Below are positions 37,151 to 49,987 of a stretch of DNA of 64,000 bases, in pieces. The translations under genes and the position numbers were made by a program. Each line of letters begins with the position of its first letter. The stretch's first letter is position 1. The notes beneath the pieces are model-generated. The model had not been told where the DNA came from. It did no database searches and saw only the letters and a program-made list of their open reading frames with translations. Source of the stretch: Mobula hypostoma (Eukaryota); the NCBI RefSeq assembly GCF_963921235.1, contig NC_086097.1, forward strand, positions 33,234,001 to 33,298,000. The letters run 5' to 3'.

Positions 37151-37313
37151 TGGTGCAGCCAATGGGTTTTAGAAGTCACATAATTACTTAAGTGGAGATC
37201 TGTTTTTGGAGACCTGTGTGTAGTTAAGGGTTTTCAATTGATTGTAGTAAAAATACATGGGTATCTGCAAGATCCAACTGCTGATGATTCAGTATCCTGG
37301 CAAAAACTACATC

Positions 37314-38325
37314 ATGAAGACAAAATAACACTCCAAGCAACTCCGCAAAAAGACTATAGAAAAGCACATATCAGGAGATGGATGCAAGAAAATTTCCAAG
37401 TCAGTGAATATCTCTTGGAATACAGTTGTCAATCATCAAGAAATGGAAAGAGCATAGCACAGCTGTAAATCTGCCTAGAGCAGACTGTCCTCAAAAACTG
37501 AGTGACCGTGCAAGAAGAAGACTGATGAGTGAAGCCACCAAGAGACCTATGACAACTCTGGAGGAGTTACAAGCTTCAATGGCTGAGATGAGCAAAGCTG
37601 TGTGTACAACAGCTGTTGTTGTCCGGGTGCTTCACCAGTTGCAACTCTATGGGAGAATGGCAAAGAGAAAGCCACTGTTGAAAAAAACACATGAATTTTG
37701 GCTAGAGTTTGTCAGAAGCATGTGGGAGGCTCTGAAGTCAGTTGGAAGAATGTTCTATTGTCTGATGAAACCAAAATTGAGCTTTTTGGCCATCAGACTA
37801 ATGCTATGTTTGGCAGAAGCCAAACACCACGCATCATCAAAAACACACCATCCCTACCGTGAAGCATGGTGGTGGCTGCATCATGCTCTGGGGATGCTTC
37901 ACTGCTGAAGGCCCTGGAAGGCTTGTGAAGGTAGAGGGTAAAATGAATGCAACAAAATACAGACGAATTCTGGAGGAAAACCTGATGCAGTCTGCAAGAG
38001 AATTGCAACTTGGGAGATTTGTTTCCAGCAAGACAATGACCCCAAGCATAAAGCCAAAGCTACATGGGAATGACTTTAAAATAACCAAATTAACGTCCTG
38101 GAGAGGCCAAATCAGAGTCCAGACTTCAATCCAATTGAGAATTTGTGGCTGGATTTGAAAAGGGCTGTTCACTCATGATCACCATGCAATCTGACAGAGC
38201 TTGAGCAGTTTTGTAAAGAAGAATGGGGAAAAATTGCAGTGTCCAGATGTGCAAAGCTGATAGAGACCTATCCACACAGACTCAAGGCTATAACTGCTGC
38301 CAAAAGTGCATCTATTAAATACTGA
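37314..38325 (+). pseudogene. Tc1 DD34E transposase, frameshifted
   Basis: [58 protein letters not shown]. Confidence 0.95.
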
Positions 38326-39160
38326 CTTGAAAGGGGTAAATACAGTACTAATGCAATCAATTATTTTGTGTTCTATATTTGTAATTCACTTAGAGCACTT
38401 TGTAGAGATCTGTTTTCACTTTGACAGAAGTCTTTTTCTGTTGATCAATGTCAAAAAAGTCAAATTAAATACACTGTGATCCAATGTTGCAGAACAAAAA
38501 ATCATGAAAACTTCAAAGGGGGTGGGGTGAATGCTTTTTGTAGGCAGTGTATTTAAAGTGGAGGGTGATATGTTGTTGATTAGTGGGGGGGGGGTTAAAG
38601 GCTATGATGAGAAGGCAGAAGAATGGGTTTGAGAGGAATAATAAATCAGTCATGATCGAATAGCACAGCATGCTCAATTGACCAAATGACCTAATTTTGC
38701 TCTTACGTCTTATGGTCTTATCTGCCTGCATATGATCCTTATCCTTCCATTCCCTGCCTGTTTCTGATTACACCCAAAGGCCTCGTAAATTTTGCTATCA
38801 TGTCAGCTTCCACTATTGAGGAGAGTGAGATATTAGCAAGTAATATTAAAGCTAGTGATCGGGAATCTCTCCTCTCAACCTCAGGATGATGGTGCCATTT
38901 TATTATTATTTGAGTGTTTAGAGCAGTCACGTAGTGAATTTTGTAGGCTGGTACCATTAGAGTCAGAGCAATACAGTATGAATACAGGCCTTTCAAGTCT
39001 ATGCCAATCATGAAGCCCACCCACTAAGTTCCAATTTCCTGCATTAGGCCTCACCCCTCCATGAAGCTGTCCAAGTGCTTCCTAAATGATACTATCGTAG
39101 CTGCCTCAATCTGTTTCTCTGGCAGCCCATTCCATATACTCACCACCCTCTGCATGTAAA

Positions 39161-39489
39161 TGTCAAGGTGTGCACTGACAGACAACTGAACGTGGGTACG
39201 AAGGAATGACAGACTCCCATGTAGAGACAGAAAGAAGTTCATTCATGGGAATTCCAATAGAACCTCGGTGGTTCGGCTGAGCAACACCGTAAGACGAATC
39301 ATTCTCAAAACACAAGGACCCCATGATAAGTGTTAATCGGGGGTCCACTTTAAATAATCACAATATGCAGAAGACCTGTGCCAGTCCAAATAAACTTGAG
39401 AAGATTAAACAGAAAGCACTATGGCTTAACAACTCTAGATAAGACAACGACTAACAACTACGGGTGCACACGACTAAGAGCTCATGACA
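39161..39489. mobile_element. Solo LTR, 329 bp
   Basis: TGTCA...TGACA termini; GTAAA/GAAAA flanks (5-bp TSD with 1 mismatch); interrupts CR1. Confidence 0.7.
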
Positions 39490-40989
39490 GAAAAAGTTAC
39501 CCTTCAGGACCCTTTTAAATCTTTCTGCTCTCAGCTTAAACTTTTGCCCCGTAATTTTGGACTCCCGTACCTTGGGGAAAAGACTGTTAACATCAATCTA
39601 TGTATTTTTCTCATTAATTTAATCATTTTTATAAGGTCACCCCTCTTCCTCTTATGTTCCAAGGAATAAAGACCTGGGCTAGCCAACCTCTCCCTATATC
39701 TGAGGCCCTCTAATCCTGGCAACATTCTCGTATAACTTTTCTGCACTCTTTCCAGTTTAAAAAACATTTTTCCTGTAACAGAATGACCAAAGCTGTTCAC
39801 AATACTCCATGTGCAGTCCCACCAATAACGTACACAACTGTATCCAACATAATAACCCAACTCTTATACTCTGTGCCCTGACTAATGAAGGCCAGTGTGC
39901 AAAATGTTTTTTTCACCACCCTGCCTACCTGCAAAGCCACTCTTAAATGAAATATGCATTTGTACTCCTAGGACCCACTGTTCCATTACAGCTCACTAAG
40001 TACTGTACCATTCATAATACAAGTGCTGCGCTGGATGGACTTTCAGAATCAGAATCAGGTTTATTATCACCGGCATGTGAAGTGAAATTTGTTAACTTAG
40101 TAGCAGCAGTTCAGTGCAATATATAGTCTAGCAGAGAAAAAAAAAATAACAATAATAAATAAACAAGTAATTCAATTACAGTATACAGTACACATATTGA
40201 ATAGATTAAAAAACATGCAAAATCAAAAATACTGTATATTAAAAAAAGTGAGGTAGTGTCCAAAAATTCGATGTCTATTCAGGAATTAGGTGGCAGAGGG
40301 GAAGAAGCTGTTCCTGAATCGCTGAGTGTGTGCCTTCAGGCTTCTGTACCTCCTACCTGACGGTAACAGTGAGAAAAGGGCATGCCCTGGGTGCTGGACA
40401 TCCTTAATAATGGACGCTGCCTTGCTAAGACATCACTCCCTGAGGATGTCCTGAATACTTTGTAGGCTAGTGCCCAAAATGGAGCTGACTAGATCTACAA
40501 CCTTTTGCAGCTACTTTCAGACTTGTGCAGTAGCCCCTCCATACCAGACAGTGATGCAGCCTGTCAGAATGCTGCCCATGGTACAACTGTAGAAGTTCAT
40601 GAGTGTATTTGTTGGCATGCCAAATCTCTTCAAATTCCTAATAAAGTATAGCCATTGTTTTGCCTTCGTTATAACTACATCGATATGTTGGGACCAGGTT
40701 AGATCCTCAGAGATCTTGACACCCAGGAACTTGAAACTGCTCACGCTCTCCACTTCTGAACCCTCTATGAGGATTGGTATGTGTTCCTTCGTCTTACCCT
40801 TCCTGAAGTCCACAATCAGCTCATTGGTCTTACTGACGTTGAGTGCCAGGTTGTTGCTGCGGCACCATTCCACTAGTTGGCATATCTCACTCAAACACGA
40901 GAAAATCTGCAGATGCTGGAAATTCAAGCAACACACACAAAATGCTGGTGGAACGCTGCAGGCAAGGCAGCATCTATAGGAAGAAGTAC

Positions 40990-41025
40990 AGTCAAAGTTT
41001 CGGGCCGACACCTTTCGTCAGGACT
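40990..41025 (-). ncRNA. Hammerhead motif, partly decayed
   Basis: AGUC CUGACGA A AGGU GUCG GCCC GAAACUUU GACU. Confidence 0.6.
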
Positions 41026-41983
41026 AACTGAAAGAAGAGATAGTAAGAGATTTGAAAGTGGGAGGGGAGGGGGAGATCCGAAATGATAGGAGAAGACAGG
41101 AGAGGGAGGGAAGAAGGTCAGAGCTGGAAAGTTGATTGGCAAAAGAGATACAGAGTTGGAGAAGGGGGAGGATCATGGGACAGGTGGCCTAAGGAGAAAG
41201 AAAGGGAGAGGGGAGCCCAGAGGAAGATGGAGAGTAGGCAGGGAGTGATTGTGAGAGGGACAGAGAGAGGAAAAAAAGGGGGGGAATAAAAATCAATAAG
41301 GGATGGGGTAAGAAGGGGAGGAGGGGCATTAACGGAAGTTAGAGAAATCAATGTTCACACCATCAGGTTGGAGGCTACCCAGATGGAATATAAGGTGTTG
41401 TTCCTCCAACCTGAGTGTGGCTTCATCTTGACAGTAGAGGAGGCCATGGACTGACATATCAGAATGGGAATGGGACATGGAATTAAAATGTGTGGCCACT
41501 GGGAGATTCTGCTTTCTCTGGCGGACAGAGCGTAGGTGTTCAGCGAAACTGTCTCCCAGTCTGCGTCGGGTCTCACCAATATATAGAAACCCACATTGGA
41601 CGCAGTATATCACACCAGCCGACTCACAGGTGAAGTGTTGCCTCACCTGGAAGGACTGTCTGGGGCCCTGAATGGTGGTGAGGGAGGAAGTGTAAGGGCA
41701 TGTGTAGCACTTGTTCTGCTTACAAGGATAAGTGCCAGGAGGGAGATCAGTGGGGAGGGATCGGGGGGACGAATGAACAAGGAAGTCGGATAGGGAGCGA
41801 TCCCTGCAGAAAGCAGAAAGAGTGGGGGAGGAAAGATGTGCTTGGTGGTGGGATCCCGTTGGAGGTGGTGGAAGTTACGGAGAATTATATGTTGGACTCG
41901 GAGGCTGATGGGGTGGTAGGTGAGGACATGGAGAACCCTATCCCAAGTGGGGTGGCGGGAGAATGGGATGAGAGCAGATGTGT

Positions 41984-43870
41984 GACTTCACCACACCTTG
42001 TTGCAATTCCAACCTCACTCCTTCCGAACGCTCTGCTCTCTACTCCCTCTGCACCAATCCTAACCTTACTATAAAACCTGCTGATAAGGGGGGTGCTGTT
42101 GTTGTCTGGCGTACTGACCTCTACCTTGCCGAGGCACAGTGACAGCTTGCTGGTACCTCCTCTTATTTACCATTCAATCATGACCCCACTAAGAAGCACC
42201 AGGCTATTGTCTCCCACACCATCACCAACCTTATCAGCTCTGGGGATCTCCCATCCACTGCCACCAACCTCATAGTTCCCACACCTCACACTTCCCGTTT
42301 CTACCTCCTACCCACGATCCACAAACCTGCCTGTCCAGGTAGACACGTTGTCTCAGCTTGCTCCTGCCCCACCGAACTCATTTCTGCATACCTCAACACT
42401 GTTTTATCCCCCCTTGTTCAATTCCTTCCCACCTATGTTCGTGACACTTCTCACACTCTGAATTTTTTCGATGATTTTAAGGTCCCTGGCTCCCACCGCC
42501 TTATTTTCACCATGGATGTCCAGTCCCTATATACCTCCATCCCCCACCAGGAAGATCTCAAAGCTCTCCGCTTTTTGGATTCCAGACCTAACCAGTTCCC
42601 CTCTACCACCACTGTCCTCCATCTAGCGGAATTGGTCCTTACTCTTAATAATTTTTCCTTTGGCTCCTCCCACTTCCTCCAAACTAAAGGTGTAGCTATG
42701 GGCACCTTGTATGGGTCCTAGCTATGCCTGCCTTTTTGTTGGGTTTGTGGAACAATCTATGTTCCAAACCTATTCTGGTATCTGTCCCCCACTTTTCCTT
42801 CGCTACATCGACGATTGCATTGGTGCTGCTTCCTGCACGCATGTTGAGCTCGTTGACATCATTAACTTTGCCTCCAACTTTCACCCTGCCCTCAAGTTTA
42901 CCTGGTCCATTTCCGACACCTCCCTCCCCTTTCTTGATTTTTCTGTCTCTATTTCTGGAGACAGCTTATCTACTGATGTCTACTATAAGCCTCCTGACTC
43001 TCACAGCTACCTGGACTATTCCTCTTCTCACCCTGTCTCTTGCAAAAATGCCATCCCCTTTTCGCAATTCCTCCATCTCTGCTGCATCTGCTCTCAGGAT
43101 GAGGCTTTTCATTCCAGGGCGAGGGAGATGTCCTCCTTTTTTAAAGAAAGGGGCTTCCCTTCCTCCACAATCAACTCTGCTCTCAAACGCACCTCTCCCA
43201 TTTCACGCACATCTGCTTTCACCCCATCCTCCCACCACCCCACTTGGGATAGGGTTCCCCTTGTCCTTACCGACCACCCCACCAGCCTCCAGGTCCAACA
43301 TATAGTTCTCCGTAACTTCCACCCTCCAACGGGATCCCACCACCAAGCACATCTTTCCCTCCCCCCCTTTCTGCTTTCCGCAGGGATTGCTCCCTACACG
43401 ACTCCCTTGTCCATTCATTCCCCCCCGCCATCCCTTCCCACCAATCTCCCTCCCAGCACTTAACCTGTTAAGTGGAACAAGTGCTACTCCTGCCCTTACA
43501 CTTCCTCCCTCATCACCATTCAGGGCCCCAAACAGTCCTTCCAGGTGAGCGACACTTCACCTGTGAGTCAGCTGGTGTGATATACTGTGTCCAGTGCGCC
43601 CGGTGTGGCCTTCTATATATTGGTGAGACTCGACACAGACTGGGAGAGCGTTTTGCTGAACACCTGCTCTCTATCCACCAGAGAAAGCAGGATCTCCCAG
43701 TGGCCACACATTTTAATTCCACGTCCCATTCCCATTCTGATATGTCAGTCCACGGCCTCCTCTACTGTCAAGATGAAGCCACACTCAGGTTGGAGGAACA
43801 ACACCTTATATTCCATCTGGGTAGCCTTCAACCTGATGGCATGAACATTGATTTCTCTAACTTCCGTTAA
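41984..43870 (+). pseudogene. PLE reverse transcriptase + GIY-YIG endonuclease, frameshifted
   Basis: KPADKGG, FYLLP.IHK, MDVQSLYTSIPH, GVAMG, RYIDD, LPFLD, VIYCVQCARCGLLYIGET, RFAEH. Confidence 0.95.
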
Positions 43871-44168
43871 TGCCCCTCCTCCCCTTCTCACCCCATTCCT
43901 TATTTATTTTTATTTCCCCCCCTTTTATTTTCCTTCTCTCTCTGTCCCTCTCACAGTTACTCCTTCCTGCTCTCCATCTTCCTCTAGGCTCCCCTCCCCC
44001 TTTCTTTCTCCGTAGGCCACCTGTCCCATGATCCTCCCCCTTCTCCAATTCTGTATCCCTTTTACCAATCAACTTTCCAGCTCTTAGCTTCTTCCCTCCC
44101 CCTCCTGTCATTTCGGATCTCCCCCTCCCCTCCCACTTTAAAATCTTATACTATCTCTTCTTTCAGTT

Positions 44169-44204
44169 AGTCCTGACGAAGGGTCTTGGCCCGAAACATT
44201 GACT
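44169..44204 (+). ncRNA. Minimal type I hammerhead ribozyme
   Basis: AGUC CUGACGA A GGGU CUUG GCCC GAAACAUU GACU. Confidence 0.75.
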
Positions 44205-44787
44205 GTACTTCTTCCTACAGATGCTGCCTGGCCTGCTGCTTTCCACCAGCATTTTGTGTGTGTTGCTGGCATATCTCACTCCTGTATGCCCCCTCGTCAC
44301 CACCTGAGATTCTACCAACAATGGTTGTATCGTCAACAAATTTATAGATGGTATTTGAGCCATGCCTAGCCACACAGTCATCTGTATATAAAGAGTAAAG
44401 CAGTGGGCTAAGCACACATCCCTGAGGTGTTGATTGTCAGTAAGGAGGATATGTTATCACCAATCCGCACAGATTGTGGTCTTCTGGTTAGGAAATGCAC
44501 CACCAAAATGTACCACCTCAAATTTAACTGTATTGAAATCCATTTGCCACTCCTCAGTCCACTTCTCTAACTAATCAGGATACCCCTGTAATCTACAATA
44601 ACCTTCTTTACTATCAGCAACACCTTCTAATTTTGTGGCATCTGCAAACTTACTGATCAAGTCTTGTGCATTTGCAAAATCCCATTTATATAAATAATGA
44701 ATAGTAAAGGTCCTGCGGCACATCACTAGTTACCAGCCCCTGCTTCCTACCTTTTAGATGAGTGTAGATGCTGTTGCTTATTTGCTC

Positions 44788-45627
44788 TGCCCATGTGATC
44801 ACTCCTGAGAGACCGCGTTAGAACTGGAGCTGCAGCTCGATGACCTTCGTCTGGCCAGGGAGAGTGAAGAGGTGATAGAGAGGAGCTATAGGCAGGTAGT
44901 CACCCCGGGACCACAGGAGACAGATAAGTGGGTAACAGTCAGGAGAGGGAAGGGCAGGAGTCAGATGCTGGAGAGTACCCCTGTGGCTGTCCCCCTTAAC
45001 AATAAGAGCTCCTGCTTGAGTACTGTTGGGACGGCTTACCTGGGGGAAGCAATAGTAGTCATGTCTCTGGCACAGGGTCTGGCCCTGTGGCTCAGAAGGG
45101 TAGGAAAAGGAAGAGGATGGCAGCAGTGATAGGGGACTCTATAAGTTAGGGGGTCAGATAGGCAATTCTGTGGATGCAAGAAAGAAACGCGGATGGTAGT
45201 TTGCCTCCCAGGTGCCAGGGTCCAGGATGTTTCTGATTGCGTCCACGATACCTTGATGTGGGAAGGAGAACAGCCAGAGATCGTGGTACATATTGGTACC
45301 AATGCCATAGGTAGGAAAAGGGAGGAGGTCCTGAAAACAGACTACAGGGAGTTAGGAAAGAAGCTGAGAAGCAGGACCTCAAAGGTAGTAATCTCAGGAT
45401 TACTGCCTATGCCACGTAACAGTGAGTATAGGAATAGAATGAGGCGGAGGATAAATGCATGGCTGAGGGATTGGAGCAGGGGGCAGGGATTCAGATTTCT
45501 GGATCATTGGGACATCTTCTGGGGCAGGTGTGACCTGTACAAAGTGGACGGGTTGCACTTGAATCTGAGGGGCACCAATATCCTGGCGGGAAAGTTTGCT
45601 AAGGCTATTGGGGAGATTTTAAACTAG
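44788..45627 (+). pseudogene. CR1 ORF1 with SGNH/GDSL esterase domain
   Basis: VIGDS, CLPGA, VVHIGTN and DGLHL blocks. Confidence 0.85.
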
Positions 45628-48600
45628 AATTGCTGGGGGGTGGGAATGGAACTGAAGTGACGGAGGAAAGGGAGGTTGGCTCACAAATAGAGAAAGCTTG
45701 GAGACAGTGCGAAAGGTAGGATAGACAGGTGACAGAGAAAGGACGCACTCAGACCGATGGTTTGAGATGTACCTATTTTAATGCGAGGAGTATTATGAAT
45801 AAAGTGGATGAGCTTAGAGCGTGGATCAGCACTTGGATCTATCATATTGTGGCCATTACAGAGACTTAGATGGTGCAGGGGCAGGAATGGTTACTTCGAG
45901 TGCCAGGCTTTAGATGTTCCAGAAAGGATAGGGAGGGAGGCAAAAGAGGTGGGGGTGTGGCACTGTTGATCAAAGATAATGTCACGGCTGCAGAAAAGGA
46001 GGAAGGCATGAAGGGGTTGTCTATGGAGTCTCTGTGGGTGGAAGTTAGGAATAGGAAGGGGTCAATATCTCTACTGGATGATCTTTATAGACCACCCAAT
46101 AGTAATAGGGACATTGGGGAGCAGATAGGAAGACAGATTGTGCAAAGGTATAATAATAACAGGGTTGTTGTGTTGGGAGATTTTTATTTCCCACCACAAC
46201 AACCCTGATTGGCATCTCCCTGGACAAAGGGGTTTAGATGGGGTGGAGTTTGTTAGGTGTGTTCTTGACACAGTATGTAGATGAGCCTACACGAGGAGAG
46301 GCTGTACTTGATCTAGTATTGGGAAATGAACCTGGTCAGGTGTCAGGTCTTTCAGTGGGAGAACATTTTGGAGATAGTGATCACAATTCTATTTCCTTTA
46401 TCATAGCATTGGAGAGGGATAGGAACAGACAAGTTAGGGAAACATTTAAATGGAGTAAGGGGAAATGTGAGGCTATCAGGCAGGAACTTGGAAGCATAGA
46501 TTGGAAACATATTCTCAGGGAAACGTACGGAAGAAATGTGGCAAATGTTCAGGGGATATTTGCGTGGTTTCTGAGTAGGTACGTTCCAGTGAGACATGGA
46601 AAGAATGGTAGGGTTCAAGATCCATGGTGTACAAAGGCTGTTGTAAATCTAATCAAGAAGAAAAGAAGAGCTTATGAAAAGTTCAAAAAACTAGGTAATG
46701 ATAGAGATCTAGAAGATTATAAGTCTAGCAGGAAGGAGCTTAAGAATGAAATTACGAGAGCCAGAAGGGGCCATGAGAAGGCCTTGGCGGACAGGATTAA
46801 GGAAAACCCCAAGGCATTCTACAAGTATGTGAAGAGCAAGAGGATAAGATGTGAGAGAATTGGACAAATCAAGTGTGACAGTAGAATAGTGTGTGTGGAA
46901 CCGGAGGAAATAGCAGAGGAACTTAATGAATACTTTGCTTCAGTATTCACTATGGAAAAGGATTTTGGCGATTGTAGGGATGACTGAAAAGCTTGAGCAT
47001 GTAGATATTAAGGAAGAGGGTGTGCTGGAGCTTTTTGAAAGCATCAAGTTGGATAAGTCGCTGGGATCGAACGGGATGTACCCCAGGCTACTGTGGGAAG
47101 CAAGGGAGGAGATTGCTGAGCCTCTGGCAATGATCTTTGCATCATCAATGAGAACGGGAGAGGTTCTGTTGCAGATGTTGTTCCCTTATTCAAGAAAGGG
47201 AGTAGGTACAGCCCAGGAAATTATATGTCAGTGAGTCTTACTTCAGTGGTTGGTAAGTTGATGGAGAAGATCCTGAGAGGCAAGAATTATGAACTTTTGG
47301 AGAGGCATAATATGATTAGGAATAGTCAGCATGGCTTTGTCAAAGGCAGGTCGTGCCTTACAAGACTGATTGAATTTTTTGAAGATGTGACCAAACACAT
47401 TGATGAAGGTAGAGCCGTAGATGTAGCGTATATGGATTTCAGCAAGGCATTTGATATGGTACCCCATGCAAGGCTTATTGAGAAAGTAAGGAGGCATGAG
47501 ATCCAAGGGGACATTGCATTGTGGATCCAGAACTGGCTTGCCCACAGAAGGCAAAGAGTGGTTGTAGACAGGTCATATTCTGCATGGAGGCCAGTGACCA
47601 ATGGTGTGCCTCAGGGATCTGTTCTGGGACCCCTACTCTTTGTGATTTTTATATGTCTATGACCTGGATGAGGAAGTGGAGGGATGGGTTAGTAAATGTG
47701 CTGATGACACAAAGGTTGGGGGTGTTGTGGATAGTGTGGAGGGCTGTCAGAGGTTACAGCGGGACATTGATAGGATGCAAGATTGGACTGAGACGTGGCA
47801 GATGGAGTTCAACCCAGATGTGTGTGGTGGTTCATTTTGGTAGGTCAAATATGATGGCAGAATATAGCATTAATGGTAAGACTCTTGGCAATGTGGAGGA
47901 TCAGAGGGATCTTGGGGTTTGAGTCCACAGAACACTCAAAGCTGCTACACAGGTTGACTCTGTGGTTAAGAAGACATACGGTGCATTGGCCTTCATCAAT
48001 CATGGCACTGAGTTTAAGAGCTGAGAGGTAATGTTGCAGCTATATAGGACCATGGTGAGACCCCACTTGGATTACTGTGCTCAGTTCTGTTTGCCTCACT
48101 ACAGGAAGGACGTGGAAACCATAGAAAGGGTGCAGAGGAGATTTACAAGGATGTTGCCTGGATTGGGAAGTATGCCTTATGAGAATAGGTAGAGTGAACT
48201 CGGCCTTTTCTCCTTGGAGCGACGGAGGATGAGAGGTGACCTGATAGAGGTGTACAAGATAATGAGAGGCATTGATCGTGTGGATAGTCAGAGGCTTTTC
48301 CCCAGGGCTAAAGTGGCTAGCACGAGGAGGCATAGTTTTAAGGTGCTTGGAAGCAGGTACAGAGGAGACGCCAGGGGTAAGTTTATTACACAGAGAGTGG
48401 TGAGTATGTAGAATGGGCTGCCGGCGGCAGAGGTGGAAGCGATGGTGTCTTTTAAGGGACTCCTGGATGGCTACATGGAGCTTAGAAAAATAGAGGGCTA
48501 TGGATAAAGCCTAGGTAGTTCTAAGGTAGGGACATGTTCGGCACAGCTTTGTGGGCCGAAGGGCCTGTATTGTGCTGCAGGTTTTCTATGTTTCTATGTT
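44788..48600 (+). mobile_element. Near-full-length CR1 LINE (ORF1 + ORF2), disrupted
   Basis: ORF1 coiled-coil and esterase, then APE and RT motifs; ttctatgtttctatgtt tail. Same family as 5887-8725 and 19185-20850. Confidence 0.95.
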
Positions 48601-48939
48601 TACATGGGTAGTTGAATCAGTTGTTTTTCTAGATCTAAAGATTTTGCCCTTCACTGTCTGTAGTCGATGCATGTAAGCAGAGTTCACTTATTTCCAGAGA
48701 GGAGAGATTTACTGGGTGATTAAACTGTCTGCAAGTGAAGTTATTTAAAAATGGAATAACAAGTGAGTGCTGGAGGCAGCCATAAGCCACGCAGATTGTT
48801 GTGGTTGTGGAGAGGGTGATTGGAGTGTGCATTTGCATAGCTCCATGTGGCTATATTGGAACGTTCCTTCAGTCATAGATTGGTAATGATCTTACTCTCC
48901 AGTTACTTTAACATTATGATTACACTGCAGCCTGTAGCT

Positions 48940-49375
48940 CATTCCAGGAGTATCAAGGACCCCAACATCCAAGCCATGCTTTCTTTTCATTGCTGCCACC
49001 AGGAAGGAGCTACATGAGCTGTCGATCCGACACCACCAGATTCAGGAATGGTTATTACCCTTCAATCATCAAGCTCATGAACCAGTGTGGATAACTTCAC
49101 TCACATCATCTCTGAACTGATTCCACAACCCATGAACTCACTTTCAAGTAATCTACAACTCATAGTCTCAGTATTTATTTATTTATTATTCATTAATATT
49201 TTCTTGTGTCTGCACAGTTTGTCTTTTGCACACTGGTTGTCGCTCTTTGTGTGTAGTTTTTCAATGATTCTATTGAATTTATTCTACTGAGAATATCTGC
49301 AAGAAAATGAATCTCTGAATGGTATATGGTGACATACACTGTATGTACTTCAATAAGATATTTACTTTGAACTTT
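48940..49375 (+). mobile_element. Rex1/Babar 3' fragment
   Basis: SIKDPQHPSHAFFSLLPPGR motif; tactttgaactttg tail. Confidence 0.75.
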
Positions 49376-49419
49376 GGATATCCATTGTTGCAACTACGAA
49401 TTTCCAATGTAATATACTG

Positions 49420-49620
49420 TACACAATGCGCTAGAGGAGCTCAGCAGGTCAGGCAGCGTCTGTGGATGGGAATAAACAGTAGATGTTTTGGGCAAAGACC
49501 CTTAATTCTGAGGAAGAGTCTCAGCCCAAAACGTCAGCTGTTTATTCCCATCCATAGATGCTGCCTGACCTGCTGAGCTCCTCCAGCATTTTGTGTATAT
49601 TGCTGTAGATTTCCAGCAAT
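49420..49620. mobile_element. Fold-back PLE mini-element turning within the hammerhead
   Basis: ~49429-49503 is the reverse complement of ~49516-49588; degenerate hammerhead halves at the centre. Confidence 0.8.
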
Positions 49621-49803
49621 ATCTTATACTCAATTTGTATGTTCTGCATGATAATCTGTGACACATTCCTGGCCCCGCATTCTATATATAAACTCCCTGG
49701 CCTGTCAATTATATTTCTGCCTCCTAATTGCTTCAATCCTGAGCTGCTTTCTGATTGGACCTGACTATTGTCTCTTCTACCAGACTTGAGGTGGTATATT
49801 AGG

Positions 49804-49987
49804 AACACAAAATAATCTTCAGATGCTGGGGTCAAAGCAACACTCACAACACGCTGGAGGAGCTCAGCAGGTCGGGCAGCATCAGTGGAAAAGATTGATC
49901 GACGTTTCGGGCCAGAACCCTTCGTCAGTCCTGATCTTTTCCACTGGTGCTGCCCGACCTGCTGAGTTCCTCCAGCGTGTTGTGAGT
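49804..49987. mobile_element. 184-bp fold-back PLE mini-element with a hammerhead core in its loop
   Basis: Arms 49841-49895 and 49933-49988; exact 13-bp TSD GTGGTATATTAGG (49791-49803, 49988-50000). Confidence 0.9.
49897..49932 (-). ncRNA. Hammerhead core, with the stem I 5' strand rearranged
   Basis: agga CUGACGA A GGGU UCUG GCCC GAAACGUC gauc. Confidence 0.65.

Larger units (their letters stand above)
36240..38549 (+). mobile_element. Full-length decayed Tc1/mariner transposon with two nested PLE pieces
   Basis: CAGTGCCTATAAAAA left end with a long imperfect inverted copy at the right end; TA TSD at 36238-36239 and 38550-38551. Confidence 0.95.
36065..38720 (+). mobile_element. CR1 3' fragment split by Tc1
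   Basis: 36065-36239 joined to 38550-38720 reconstructs gtcattgggtatatttaaagtggag, seen uninterrupted near 53991. Confidence 0.85.
40893..44266. mobile_element. Inverted PLE insertion: 1.1-kb minus arm + 2.3-kb plus arm
   Basis: Exact 15-bp TSD TGGCATATCTCACTC (40878-40892, 44267-44281); junction at ~41983; hammerheads at both outer ends. Confidence 0.95.
40044..44495 (-). mobile_element. Rex1/Babar 3' half split by a PLE
   Basis: [18 protein letters not shown] at 44282-44415 continues at 40892 with LVEWCRSNNLALNVSKT; (cagaat)n tail. Confidence 0.9.
38960..44760 (-). mobile_element. CR1 3' portion hosting a solo LTR and a Rex1/Babar>PLE stack
   Basis: LERVQKSYTRMLPGL at ~39531-39860; CR1 RT resumes at 44495-44760. 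Confidence 0.75.

Noticed and set aside
42711..43463. Active retroelement ORF
   Set aside because: Real PLE RT sequence, but frameshifted on both sides and 5'-truncated.
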